From the NCBI GenBank assembly GCA_964016885.1, contig OZ024742.1, positions 40,858,001 through 40,922,000 on the forward strand: DNA of 64,000 nt, in the 5' to 3' direction. Source of the DNA: Eledone cirrhosa. Its lineage: Eukaryota. Of the stretch, positions 11,527-24,054 are shown piece by piece. Both the position numbers and the translations under genes were made by a program. Within the stretch, counting starts at the first letter, position 1; the number at the start of each line of letters is the position of its first letter. The notes under the pieces were generated by a model. That model was not told where the DNA came from and did not search any database. It worked only from the letters and a program-made list of their open reading frames with translations.

Positions 11527-14246
11527 TTATACTTCTCTTAGGTCAGTGTTGTTTGTTTGGGTGTTGTTGTTATTCCATTCATTCTTTCTGTTTAGCTTTG
11601 GTCTTCTAATTTCTATTTCACTGGCCTCTCTGATTTGCCTATCTGCTGGGTCATTTCTATGTTTAGATATTATTCTAATTTCTATGTTGTCTATGTTACC
11701 GTCATGTTGTTGTCTAGCATGTTCGTATAGTACTGACCCGTTTTTTCGTCCTTTTAGTTCCCCCCAGTGTTGGTCTATCCTTTCACCTATGCTACGAGCT
11801 GTCTCACCTATGTATGTTGTTGTCATGTTTCTGCAAGTACCCTCTGTACATCTTATGCTATAGACTACGTTTCTAGTTTTACAGTTTATCCGGAGGTTCA
11901 CCTTACATATGATACATTTCCTATTGGTACAGTGGGTTTTCTTAAAAGGGTAGGTTTTGCTGATCAGGGATTTTATGGTGGTTCCTGGCTTTTCCACCTT
12001 TATTTCCACCTTTATTTTTAAGTGGGTCTTTCTCAGGGCCTTTCTACACTGGTTAGCTAATTTCCCTCCAGGGGTGGCGTCCATAAACATGACACTCTGG
12101 TATCTCTGGTTGTCGTACCATGAGGTGGCTTTCCCTATCTTATGTCTAGCCCAATCTAAGCTATTCCATGATTTGCTCCTGTATAATGGGCAAATTCCTT
12201 TCATGTCCAGTTCTATGAGGGTCTTATACTTTTCCATGGCTCCTTCGTATACTCTGACTCTGTCTCTTTGGTTGTAGCCAGAGAACTGCATGCGGTTGTT
12301 GAAGTGTTGGATGTGTCTTTCCATTTCTGTTGAGTCGCACATGCGGGATACATTCTTCATCACTCGTACCAAATCTGCGATCAGAATATTAAACTTAGCA
12401 CTACTGGACATTGCTGAGTTTTTGAGTATCAGGTATTTGGAGGCCATGGGTTTAGCATAGTGTGAGTGGAGAATTTGGGCTCTCTCGTCTATAGTGTTAA
12501 TCCAGAGTTCTGTGTCTAATACAGGTAGTCTATTGTTAGGGTGTTTGGAAGGGAAGTCGATAGTTACAGTTATACTCTGGTGTATGGAATTAGCTATCTG
12601 CTGGATGCTTTCCATCGTGCTACGTTCTAAATCAAACTTGTTAGTGCTCTCTACTGGGGGTGTTCTTATAACTATATTGATATCGTCTACATAACGAGAG
12701 TACATGATGAGGTCTATGGAGCTTTCATTAAGGAGATCTTTAAGTCTCCTTTCCCACCATACCATGAAAAGATTGGCAACATCACCAGCTATGCTGACGC
12801 CGATGGCTGCTCCCTCATTTTGGGTGTAGATTTTCTCGTTGAACTTAAATATGTGGCCCCTTAGGGTAGTTTTGATACTAGCCCCTATTTCATGTGCGAC
12901 CATTTTTCTTACCTGATCATTGTTTTGGGGGGTCCGTATAGCTTTGGTCCACCCAATCCACCTTCCCATGGGAGTCTTTTTTGCCATTGAGGTTATGGTG
13001 GGGGGTCTACCTCTTATAGGTCTACTGGGGCAGAAACATCTAAGGTCATGGCTGTCTAGGTAGTCAGTGTCGTAGGTAAGTCTAAGTAGGAGGCCCAGTT
13101 CGTCTGTGTCGACGTCGCAGAACTCCACCTCACTCTCAATGATCATCTCCACACATCTTTTCACAGCAAAATCAATGTTAATGGATGGGTACAGTGACAC
13201 CACATCCATGCTGCCTATTATACAGTTGGATAGGCTCCTGTTTTTGTTGCACTCACTGATTCTGGGGACATCTTGATTATGGGCGTATAACCATTGAGAG
13301 GAAGTAGGAGATCCTGTAGTTGCTAGCTATATTAGCTCCGCATACGGGTCTTGTTGGTGGTCCTGTTGTCGGGTCGTCGACTGTCTTGTGGTCTTTGCGG
13401 AGCCCATACAAGGGTGGTATGCCATTGTTAGACGCCTGGAAGTTGTTGGCAGTGCGTCTGCTTGGCTTTAGGATGTCAGTCCACATCATCATGTGAGCGT
13501 TGAGGATTTTTTCTCTCCCATCGTGTGTTTGTTGTGCAATTTCGCTCGTGTTGGTGATGTGGGGTTGCATAGCCTCGATGTAGTTCGGCATGCTATCTAT
13601 TGACATCCTACCAGACTTATCCGTGGGTAGACACACTACCTCACCATCCCTTGTGCGCTGCTTGAGGCTAACCAAGCCTTCTACAGGTTTCGTCCCAAGT
13701 TGTTGGGCCTCTGGTCTGCTCTGTCTCCTAGTATACCTGTCTACTATTTGTCTAATCTTATTTCTAGCTATGGTGAACTGTGCCTCTGTCTCGTCATCTA
13801 TTTGTTGTGGTATGCAAACTCTTTTATTAAAGGGTAACCTCGTAGGATAGATATTACCCATCTTATATGTTTTGTCAGCTGGGTTGTAAAATAGTTTCTC
13901 TAAGGGGTTGTCATTATATCTATCGTCATAGTTGTATGTGTTGCTATTATTGTTATCAGGGTGGTTGTTGTTGTTTCTATCATTAGCATTATTATTATTG
14001 TTATGATTGCTAGATGTATTGTTGTTTACTTCACCGTTATTGTTGTTGTTGTTACTGTTATTTCTACCATTGTGGTTGTTACTTTTATTATGTTTCTTGT
14101 TTTTGTTGTGTCTATCATTGATGTTGCTACATGTACTATTTCCATTATTACCACTGTGGTTATTGTTGTTGTTGTTCGTATTGTTACTGTGGTCGCTGTT
14201 GCTGTGTCTGTGGTTAATGTTTCTATTATTATTATTATTGTGGTTG
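11527..14246 (-). pseudogene. PLE2 RT + GIY-YIG polyprotein with Asn-rich N-terminal region, one frameshift near 13270
   Basis: TDKSGRMS, LYGLRKDHK, PTRPVC, DVVSLYPSI, GAAIG, RYVDD, LPVLD, HYAKPMAS, CxxxxCxxC, NVVYSIRC..YIGETAR, RQIREA. Confidence 0.92.
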
Positions 14247-14564
14247 TGTTGCAGATGTGCAACGAAAGATTTATGATAAACTATATATATGTGTTTGTGT
14301 CTATATTGTATCTGTATTATTTTTGACCGTCGGTCAGTCAATGGCAACATTGAGGACCGAGTAAGTTAGATTACCGATATAAAAGACACAGAAGCGAAAA
14401 CCAACCAAACAGTGAGTGTGTTCTGTTATTAATTCTGGCAATATTACACAAATATGACCCTCTCCAAGTATAACAATATTTGTTTCGACACACGATTTCA
14501 TATAAAAAACCTCGCAAAACTAATGTATATTTATATATATATATATAACAGATTATTTGAATTA

Positions 14565-14945
<381 letters not shown>

Positions 14946-15281
14946 ACTTATTGGCTATGTAAGTATAATACTTATTCTGTCTCTGTTTTTTAGCCTGATT
15001 ATTTTCTCTGCAAAATATTAGATAAGTGGTTTTTCGCTTCAATTCTCTCATTGAGTGATCATAGAGCCGAATGATCGTTATATATATATCGATCTATTTT
15101 TATGTGTGTATACATATATATATATGTGTGTATAGAAAGCAAAGGCTACTACCACACATATTAACTATAAATCAGTTGGATAAAATCTTCTCAAGGTGTT
15201 TTTTCCACGAACTTATTCAGCTATATTATAGTTAGTGTTCGTTGTATGAATGAGCCTTGGAAAAAGCAAAACCATTCCCTT

Positions 15282-15320
<39 letters not shown>

Positions 15321-15493
15321 TATATATATATATATATACATACATACATACATTCTGTGCACTCTATACTGTTACAATGGTCCGTCTGGTGTCGGGTTGT
15401 ATTCCAGGGTTAAGGGAGTTTTAGTGTGCAGAATGTAAATAAAAGTAATCAGGGTCCATGTCAATGTTGTACCATATATATAAACCTTATTGG

Positions 15494-15577
15494 CATATTA
15501 CAAATGTTTCAATAACGATCAGCTCAGGGTACGTAACGCCCGAGGCCCGGTTTTTCCTCGATATTTCATCAAATATA
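15494..15577 (-). ncRNA. Hammerhead, degenerate core (U3-G8), long stem II
   Basis: tatat-TTGATGA-aatatcga..tcgttatt-GAAA-catttg-TA-atatg. Confidence 0.6.
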
Positions 15578-15611
15578 TGAGTTTGGATGTGTTTATGCAC
15601 ATATGAACTCA

Positions 15612-15698
15612 CATATCTGATGATGTATCGAAGCAAAGTCGGTCCCGGTCATTATAATTGTACCATAAGCTGATCGATATTGAAACGATTGTAATATG
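15612..15698 (+). ncRNA. Type-I hammerhead, intact core, long stem II
   Basis: CATAT-CTGATGA-tgtatcga..tcgatatt-GAAA-cgattg-TA-ATATG, then ccAATAAA. Confidence 0.75.
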
Positions 15699-16048
15699 CC
15701 AATAAAGTTCATATATATGGTACAACATTGACTTCGATTCTACTTACTTTTATATATTTATACACACACACTCATATATATATATATATATATGCGTGCG
15801 TGTGTATAATGTATCATATTGTATTATATATATTATATATATTTATACATACATACATATAAACATACATAAATACATACATACATACATACATATATAT
15901 GTGATTGTGCGTGTGTGTTAGTGTATATATAAATAGATAGATTTCCGTTTCCATTGGTATTGTTTTCTATTTGTTTATCTGTCTATATATATATCTACCA
16001 GTTTATGTGTATATATATGTGTGTGTCTCTGTCTGTGTGTGTGTGTGT

Positions 16049-16103
<55 letters not shown>

Positions 16104-16507
16104 ATGTTCTAGAAGAGCTTTCACCGAAATATTTCTTACAAATTCATCATATCTTCATGCCATAGATAAAACAGATAAGATTCTAATTATATTTAACACC
16201 TGTTCAACACACCATCGGTCACTAGAGCCAACGAAGGAATCAGTACGTGGTCTTTCGACCTGCTACAAATAACAGCCAAATCTCTGTGGATTCATATTCC
16301 ACCTTATTAAAGAAAACAAAACAGGAAATATGAATTTTGGCAAATACATGTGACGTAATACTTGCTGTGACATAAAACCGTGACTGAGGTTCACAAATTT
16401 CCGCTTGAACAATTCTTGTTTCCATTTACTGTACTTTGTAGAAAATAGCTTTGTTTCAACTTATAATGTAAAATTTTGACCTAAATAAATGTCGCTTTTT
16501 TTTAAAT

Positions 16508-16665
16508 AATTGTTTCTACTATAGGCACAAGGCCAGCAATTTGAAGGGGAGGGTCGATTAAATCGACTTCAATACATTACTGGTACTTCATTTTACCGAC
16601 CCCCGTAAGGATGAAAGACAAAGCTAACCTCGGCGAGATTTGAACTCAGAACGAAAAGAGCCGTA
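16508..16665 (-). mobile_element. SINE family A, diverged
   Basis: aattgtttctac..ggcacaaggccagc..cgaccccgtaaggatgaaag..aacctcggcg..tttgaactcag. Confidence 0.75.
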
Positions 16666-17034
16666 CGTAAAGTACGTCGAATGAGCTGAAATATTTATAG
16701 AAATAAAGAAAATCTCGAAAGCTGGAGAATAGCCGTGAAAATAGCTTTAGAAAATCGGGTAAAATACCCCTATAAACGAAATTTAAGAAGTACAGAGTTC
16801 AATTCTCTGTAATGGCTACTAACCACGTTTTCCGATGGCCTTTCTGTTGTAACTCTTCATATCTTCAATCAATCTTCGCACCACTAACACGTGAGCTATT
16901 GTGGAGCGTTCTGGTCCTAAGCCATTTTTATTTGGCCTCAGGAGTTCATCAATTTTTTATTGTATCCTATTAAATATCATCTTATTTACTTTCTTGGCAA
17001 CAATGGACGATAGGCTAAATGTATACTGCACTTG

Positions 17035-17190
17035 TAGGCGGCGAATTGGTAGAGTCGTTAAACGTCGGATAGAATGCTATATAATATTTGTTCCGGCTCT
17101 CTGCTCTCTGAGTTCACATGCCGCCAAGGTCAACTTTGCCTTTCATCCTTTCAAGGTCAATAAAGAAAGTACCAGTCTATTACTGGGGTT
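17035..17190 (+). mobile_element. SINE family A-related, diverged
   Basis: ggcggcgaattggtagag..ctgagttca..gccaaggtcaactttgcctttcatcctttc. Confidence 0.7.
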
Positions 17191-17809
17191 GATTCTTCCT
17201 CTATATCTTTTTCTAATTTCCTCTCTCTCGCTTTCTCTCTTTCTGTGGAAGAAATCTGCTGTACTCAGATCTGGAGAGGGATGGGCTCCAGCAGGATTAA
17301 AATGCCGAAGAAACGCCGCATGTCAATACGGCGCCCCTACCAACTCTATCAGGAGTTGCGGGACCATACTCTACCATACTGCATTGAATTTTATATATTT
17401 CGTGTTTATTTTCTAATACCGTTACGTTACATCCATCTCTTGGCTTTTAGATTCTACTTTCACTATTTTACAGAACGAAATTAGGAATTTGCTATATTAA
17501 TATATTAATATAGAAACGCTTTTAAAACTAAGGAAGAAAACATTTTTTCTATCAGTCTTCACCACACTAAACGATTATAGTTATGGCTTGTCGTATTTTT
17601 GCTTGTGAAATATAAAGAGAGATAATAGAACTATAGATTAGTGTCCTCCACCCAACTTTGTTTTCTCATAATTTTCTTAATACATTTTTTGTAGTGATAC
17701 ATTTTTGGAGATGTTGATTATGATTATCTTTATAAGAATAACATTTGTAATACGCAATTCCAAGTTATTGAAAAGAAATGGTACTCTAAAAAGGTTTGTG
17801 ACATTATCA

Positions 17810-18035
17810 TTCTTCTTCGCCCACTTATTCTTAGTAAGGTCATGGAGACAAAGTCCTGAAGCACGCCTTCTAGCAGGTCCTGTCAGAAACAACCATCCAA
17901 TTGATCCGGCTGGATCCCCAAGCGAAGCCAACCGAGCTTATGGATGTTATCCAACCATATTGCCTGGGGTCGACCCTTGGATCTCCTGCCGTTTGTTTTT
18001 GCCCGTAAAATCTGTCCAGCAATTCTTTCCTTAGA
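17810..18035 (-). mobile_element. RTE-clade LINE 3' end
   Basis: Minus translation ILRAKTNGRRSKGRPQAIWLDNIHKLGWLRLGI.., ending in a (GAA) tail. Confidence 0.65.
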
Positions 18036-18076
18036 CAGTGAAGTATTTTGAGTCTACTGGTACACGTTGTTCTACG

Positions 18077-18510
18077 GAAAACTTTGGTAAGGGTTAAGAT
18101 CTCACATTTTAAGGTTCCGTCAATTATATCTCTCTACTCTACTATAAAATATTGGACTTATGCTCACGGGGTCAAATGAAATCAATATAGACATAGTCAT
18201 CTAATACATGTCAATACAAATATACTGATAGCTATTACAAGAGCCTTAACCAATTATCATTGAAACACAGATAGCATGAAGCACATCTATAACTAATTAA
18301 CAATTAATATGATATAAAAAATATATTTTAAAAAAACAGGAAAGAAGAAATAAATGGTGAAATGAACAACGTAAATATCGTAATAGCGTAAACAAAAAGA
18401 TAAAAATAATTTAGAAACAAAAACGAACATAAATGTAATCATTTAAAAATGAGTTGATTCCCTATGAAATATGGGGAACGTTAATCATATATCGGTGATC
18501 TAAGTTATCG
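18077..18510 (+). repeat. Left arm of a ~430-bp diverged inverted repeat (right arm ~23060-23485)
   Basis: aagggttaagatctcacattttaaggttcc and aatatagacatagtcatctaatacatgtcaatacaaatatactgatagct occur reverse-complemented at 23330-23475. Confidence 0.85.
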
Positions 18511-18663
18511 TTTATCAAATAATATGAAAATACGCCATGGGGATGTTAGGAAATAAATGTATTCTCACCAAATTATAAACTGCATAAATAGTATAGAAAA
18601 AACAGTAGCACCAAAAATTACTCGAAAAGTCTTACATCTACTCAGTGTGAAGACTATTGGTTA

Positions 18664-19235
18664 GGATGTTGGTAACACCATTGTAAAGTCGTGGGTTCGA
18701 TTTGTGGACCAGGCGGGATGTTCGTAACACCATCGTAAAGTCGTGAGTTCGATTCGTGGACCAGGCGGGATGTTGGTAACACCATTGTAAAGTCGTGAGT
18801 TCGATTCGTGGACCAGGCGGGATGTTGGTAACACCATCGTAAAGTCGTGGGTTCGATTTGTGGACCAGGCGGGATGTTGGTAACGCCATCGTAAAGTCGT
18901 GGGTTCGATTTGTGGACCAGGCGGGATGTTGGTAACACCATCGTAAAGTCGTGGGTTCGATTTGTGGACCAGGCGGGATGTTGGTAACGCCATCGTAAAG
19001 TCGTGGGTTCGATTTGTGGACCAGGCGGGATGTTGGTAACACCATCGTAAAGTCGTGGGTTCGATTTGTGGACCAGGCGGGATGTTGGTAACGCCATCGT
19101 AAAGTCGTGGGTTCGATTTGTGGACCAGGCGGGATGTTGGTAACACCATCGTAAAGTCGTGGGTTCGATTTGTGTACCAGGCGGGATGTTGGTAACGCCA
19201 TCGTAAAGTCGTGGGTTCGATTTGTGGACCAGGCG
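18664..19235 (+). repeat. 11 x 52-bp tandem array amplified from the tRNA-like head of a SINE B copy (~18646-19340)
   Basis: Unit ggatgttggtaacaccatcgtaaagtcgtgGGTTCGATTtgtggaccaggcg. The SINE body resumes after the last unit. Confidence 0.9.
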
Positions 19236-19440
19236 GTGGCGTATTGCGTTATTGAGCCAAAAATACTTTATTTCATGTTGCTAATTCTGCTAAGTATTAC
19301 GACTGAGAGAATCAGCAATTGTAAGGCCAATGGAAATGTTTCCTGGACCAGATCTAACAATCAACACTTTTCCTTTCCTTTCCTAATATGAATTTTAGAA
19401 TTAATATTATGTCTAAAATTAATATAGCGTTTATAATTAA

Positions 19441-20229
19441 CTAGCAGAATGGCCCGGCGTTGCTCGGGATTTGCTATAGGGTTCTTATATATTTGATATA
19501 TATTTATCCTTATCGAACCTCGTGAAATAAATACGTTTGTTTATATTTTGTTATTGTGTATGCAAAAATATCTGTCCATAAATATATAATTATATATATA
19601 TATATATATTAAAATAACAGACTAAAGTTTAAGCAAAGAATCACTGCTTTCACCCTTAACGGGATATTCTACCTAAAAGCAGTATGAAGTACATACACTA
19701 AGACTAATTGATGTAATCTTTGGCCTTGTTTGTTTATATTTTGTTTTTGTGTATGCAAAAATATCTGTACACGAATATCTATATTAAAATAACATATTAA
19801 TGTTTAAGCAAAGAATCGCTGCTTTCAACCTTAACGGGATCTTTTTAAACTAAAAAAATCAATCTGGAAAACAGGAAGACGATACTTTGGTTCGTGAAGA
19901 CGTTCCCTGGCATAAGAATATATATACACACACACTGATCGCGTCATAATGACGTAATGCAGACAGTCAGGCATACAGACAGATATTATGAAGGCGCGAC
20001 GTCATATCTATGTATCTATCTAAAAAGAGAAAGACTAAGAGAAAGAGAAAGAGATCGCTAAATCGCCTAATGCGGTCCCTAGAGCATTGAAAATTTGAAA
20101 TTTTTTTTGCTCAAAACACTTCCGGGGTCATACGAGTTACATGTATAAAGTCTGAAAAAAAACCGGTTGGGTACTTCTCGAGTTTTAGGGAAACAGACAC
20201 ACAGACATCCTCTGTTTTATATATATAGA
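19441..20229 (-). mobile_element. Non-autonomous Helitron
   Basis: 5' TC(tatata..aaaacagag), 3' hairpin cccgagcaacgccggg plus CTAG; homologous to 27325-28308. Confidence 0.85.
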
Positions 20230-20266
20230 CTAGCAGAAAACCGCCCACCGGGTGGTTTTCTGCTAG

Positions 20267-20585
20267 TCTATATATCTAAAACAGAGAATGTCTGTCTCTC
20301 TGTCTGACTCCCTAAAACTCGAGAACCGCCCAACCGATTTTTTTCCAACTTTACACATGTAATACTTATGGTCGTGTGAGTGTTTTGAGCAAAAATTATT
20401 TCAAATTTTCAATGCCCTAGGGACCGCATTAGGCGATTTAGCGTTCTCTCTATATAATTCTTAGTCTTTCTTTTTAGATAGATACATAGACATAACGTTG
20501 TGCCCTTATAATATCTGTCTGTATGTCTGGCTGTCTGCATTACGTCATTATGACGCGCTCAGTGTGTGTGTATATATATATATAT
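20267..20585 (+). mobile_element. Non-autonomous Helitron 5' part, head-to-head with the previous copy
   Basis: Starts TCtatatatctaaaacagagaatgtctg and matches 27325-27580. Confidence 0.8.
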
Positions 20586-21112
20586 GTATCGTAATGCAGA
20601 CAGCAAGACATAGCTTTCCTTCCCCTCTTCCAGCGTCTCTCTCTCTCTCCCTCCCGCTATCCCCCTCCTGTAGTCTGTCTCTTTCTTTCACTCTCACTCT
20701 CTCTCTACGCGTCGGACAGACAGACAGAGAAATTGCTGGTTATATATTATAAGGAGATATGAAGTCTGTAATTATCTCCCCTGACAATCGGTAACCCTAT
20801 ACATTTGACATATTTTCAATTGAATTGAACTCTACGTCAATATTAACAATAATTTAATCACGACAACTATGGGGAAAATCCCAGAGGAAAATATCTTCAC
20901 ACCTTGGGTAAATAGATTAATTATTGAAAAGTTTTCCATTTAAAAAGCAATATAATCGAAAGAATTTCTCATGTATTTATTCAAATTATTTTTTGTCTAT
21001 TCTACTGGGATTTCATAACTTTCAGTCGGAGATTTCAGAAAGAAGCTAAGTTTTAAAAATTGCTCTATTCTGTAAAATAACATTTAAATAGATTCAAATA
21101 GGCATATATATT

Positions 21113-21155
<43 letters not shown>

Positions 21156-21275
21156 ACATATATATATATGTGTGTGTGCATACGTACACACATATTCATC
21201 ACACATATATTTGTGTTTTTGTATGTATTATGTATGTGTATTTAGATGGATTTATATATTTCTAGCCTCCCTTTC

Positions 21276-21315
<40 letters not shown>

Positions 21316-21564
21316 CTCTCCATATTTGTCCATATATTTATGTGTTTATATTAGTCTCATAAAAATAGGTTTACGATCCGCGAAGCTTTTCACGTTGTAT
21401 GGCCGATATCAGCAATCAGTCACTCAATTAATCAGTCAAGTTCTCCTGTAACTGATCCAGCCCGTCGTTGGGGTGCCACTCTATTCGTTTTCGTAGTCAA
21501 CACTCGCCACAGATGGATCGTGGTGTTGTGACCTACCCAGTCTTTCATATTATCGAACCGAGTG

Positions 21565-22012
21565 AGGGCGGTCGATTGGCAGTATCAGTAGAGGGTCGGA
21601 CGTCATGCTTTGCAGCAAGAGTTACGGCCCTTTATGATCTGAGTTCAAATCCTACCGAGGTTAACTTTGCTTTTCATCCTTACGGGGTCGATAAAATAAA
21701 GTACCAGTCACGCACTGGGGTCGATTTAATCGACTTGCCACTCCCCCAAAGTTGCTGACCTTGTGCTTATATAAGAAACCAAATTATCGAACCGAGTTAT
21801 TATTATTATTATTATTATTTGCCTACTTGTGGCGGTGGATTGGCAGTATCGGTAGAGGGTTGGACGCCGTGCTTCGAGTTACGGCCCTTTACAGTCTGAG
21901 TTCAATTCCTGCCGAGGTCAACTTTGCTTTTCATCCTTATGGGGTCGATAAAATAAAGTACCACTAATTCACTGGTAATTGCTGGCCTTGTGCCAAATGT
22001 AGAAACAATTAT
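21565..22012 (+). mobile_element. Two consecutive SINE family A copies (21565-21785, 21830-22012)
   Basis: Full head, central domain and tail in both; (ATT)n between them. Confidence 0.85.
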
Positions 22013-22424
22013 TTTTTGCCTGCTTTTTCTTCGCCCTACTTCAACTGCCCCCTGAAGAATGTTTTTGAACAAGGATGTGTGACTTGACCAGGTGAGCTTT
22101 TGTCCTTTACGGGCAAGGAGTGATTTCTAACAACATTTACCCTCAAACAAAATTAAGATTTTAGCTCAAGCCAAAACTGTAATCGGAAATTGATTGCGGG
22201 ATAAAGTGAGAATGAAATTGCTTTTATTAACTTCTGTCGACAATTTGTCCACATTTAATGTAACCGAAATCGTTAGACCTCTTTATGACTCATGCTCGGA
22301 TATCTAATATTTAATTTAAATGACGATTGCAAACTTTACATTTTATGTTGAGTCCAGTTACCGCTAGGTTTAATAACTACTTCAGTTACATAAAACAAAA
22401 TCAAATAATTATGTATCTGTAAAT

Positions 22425-22600
22425 GTGCGTGGTTTAGGTTTAGGGTGTTCGGCTAACGATCATAAGATCGTAAGTTCGAGTCTCTTGAGCAAGATACTAT
22501 ATTTCACGCTGCTCCAGTCTTCCCCAGCTGGCAAAAATGAGTTATACCTGCAATTAAAAAGACAATATTGCCACATACTGTGTCACACTGAGTTTCCCTG
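22425..22600 (+). mobile_element. SINE family B, internally deleted
   Basis: tagggtgttcggctaacgatc..agttcgag..cttgagcaagatac..cagctggcaaaaatgagtt. Confidence 0.7.
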
Positions 22601-23059
22601 GAACATTCATCATCTAAAACGACGGTGGACCAACACATGGTATGTCATTTACTCAATACATTATAACTACTCCAAATAGAATGAAAGTACTAATTCTCTC
22701 TGAATCAATAGTAGTAAAAGACCACAACATCAACATTTTAATAATCGATCTTTGAATCATTATTTTCGCTAAGGGAGCAGTAAAAAATAATAATTGACAA
22801 TATGTATTTTAATTGAATCCTTTAAGCCATTGGATAACAAATGCAGTACTTCGTCTTCAGGTACTATATAGAGAGTAAGTGGAAGTGGCGATACCTCGGT
22901 ACCTCTGAACATATTTGAACCGAAAACTGGAGGTTGACAGGACATAAATCAATTATACAGTGTTACGCAACGCTGTTGAATAGGGATATGACGTAGTATG
23001 ACTGAATTGTTAAGAAATTCGTTTCACAACAATCCCCTTGGTATGCCTTCATATTATTT

Positions 23060-23485
23060 GATAAACGATAACTTAGATCATCGATATATGATTAACATTC
23101 CACATATTTCATAGGTAATCCATTCATTTTTAAATGATTACATTTATGTTCTATTTTTGCTAAATTATTTTTATCTTTTTGTTTTAATTATTACGATATT
23201 TACGTTGTTCATTTCATCATTTATTTCCTCTTTCCTGGATATTTAAATATCATACTGAATGTTAATTAGTTATAGATGTGCTTCATCTTATCTGTGTTGC
23301 GATGATAATTGGTTAAGGCTCCTGTAACAGCTATCAGTATATTTGTATTGACATGTATTAGATGACTATGTCTATATTGATTTAATTTGGCCCGTGAGCC
23401 TAAGTCCAATATTATATAGTAAAGTGGAGAGATATAATCGATGGAACCTTAAAATGTGAGATCTTAACCCTTAGCAAAGTTTTTC
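23060..23485 (-). repeat. Right arm of the inverted repeat with 18077-18510
   Basis: Reverse-complement similarity as described for the left arm. Confidence 0.85.
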
Positions 23486-24054
23486 AGTCTGGTTGCGGGA
23501 GCACTACAGGGTGGATCAGTGTACCACCCCCATCAATCTCTTTTTACGAATCAGCCTTTGGGTTGTCGCAAAGTCTTTACCTCCAGGATTATGAGGGCAT
23601 TGCAGAGTAGAGCAGTGTAGGATCGTGGAGGCACTACAGGGTGGAGTAATGTACCCCTCCCTCCACCCATCTCTATCGCGAGCCAGAACTTGAGATGTGG
23701 CGAAATCTATACTAGTTTATTCTGTGATGTTATTCACCCAACATTTACTCTCAAACAAAAATATTTTAACTAAAGCCAAAACTATAATCGGAAATTGATT
23801 GCGAAATAGTGTGAAAATGAAATTGCTTTTATTACTTGTATCGACAACTGTTGCACACTTTATGTAACAGCAATAATTATGCCTTCTTTTATTCATTATA
23901 TTTCACGACATTCAGTCATTTCTTGGCATTTTATGTTGCTAAATATAATCTTGGCTAAAAGGTTTGCCAAAAACGAAGATATTAAATATTTGTGGCTTTT
24001 ATTCGCATATAAGTGGCAGTTAATCGTTTCTGAAAATTCCAAAGAAGAAAAAAC

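Larger units (their letters stand above)
11047..14525 (-). mobile_element. Penelope-like retroelement 2 with ~230-bp inverted pseudo-LTR
   Basis: 11047-11276 and 14247-14474 are inverted copies. RT and GIY-YIG ORFs lie inside; (TA)n flanks. Confidence 0.9.
15423..15770. mobile_element. Fold-back element made of two diverged, outward-facing hammerhead-bearing PLE termini
   Basis: Imperfect inverted arms ~15423-15585 and ~15605-15770; core arms 15460-15732 are clearly complementary. Confidence 0.75.

Noticed and set aside
18638-19235. CRISPR array, tRNA cluster or repeat protein
   Set aside because: No unique spacers, no cloverleaf and no cas genes; the ORFs are repeat read-through.
22130-23870. 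~130-bp direct repeats (22130-22265 / 23740-23870) as LTRs
   Set aside because: Diverged, with no TG..CA ends, PBS or internal coding sequence.
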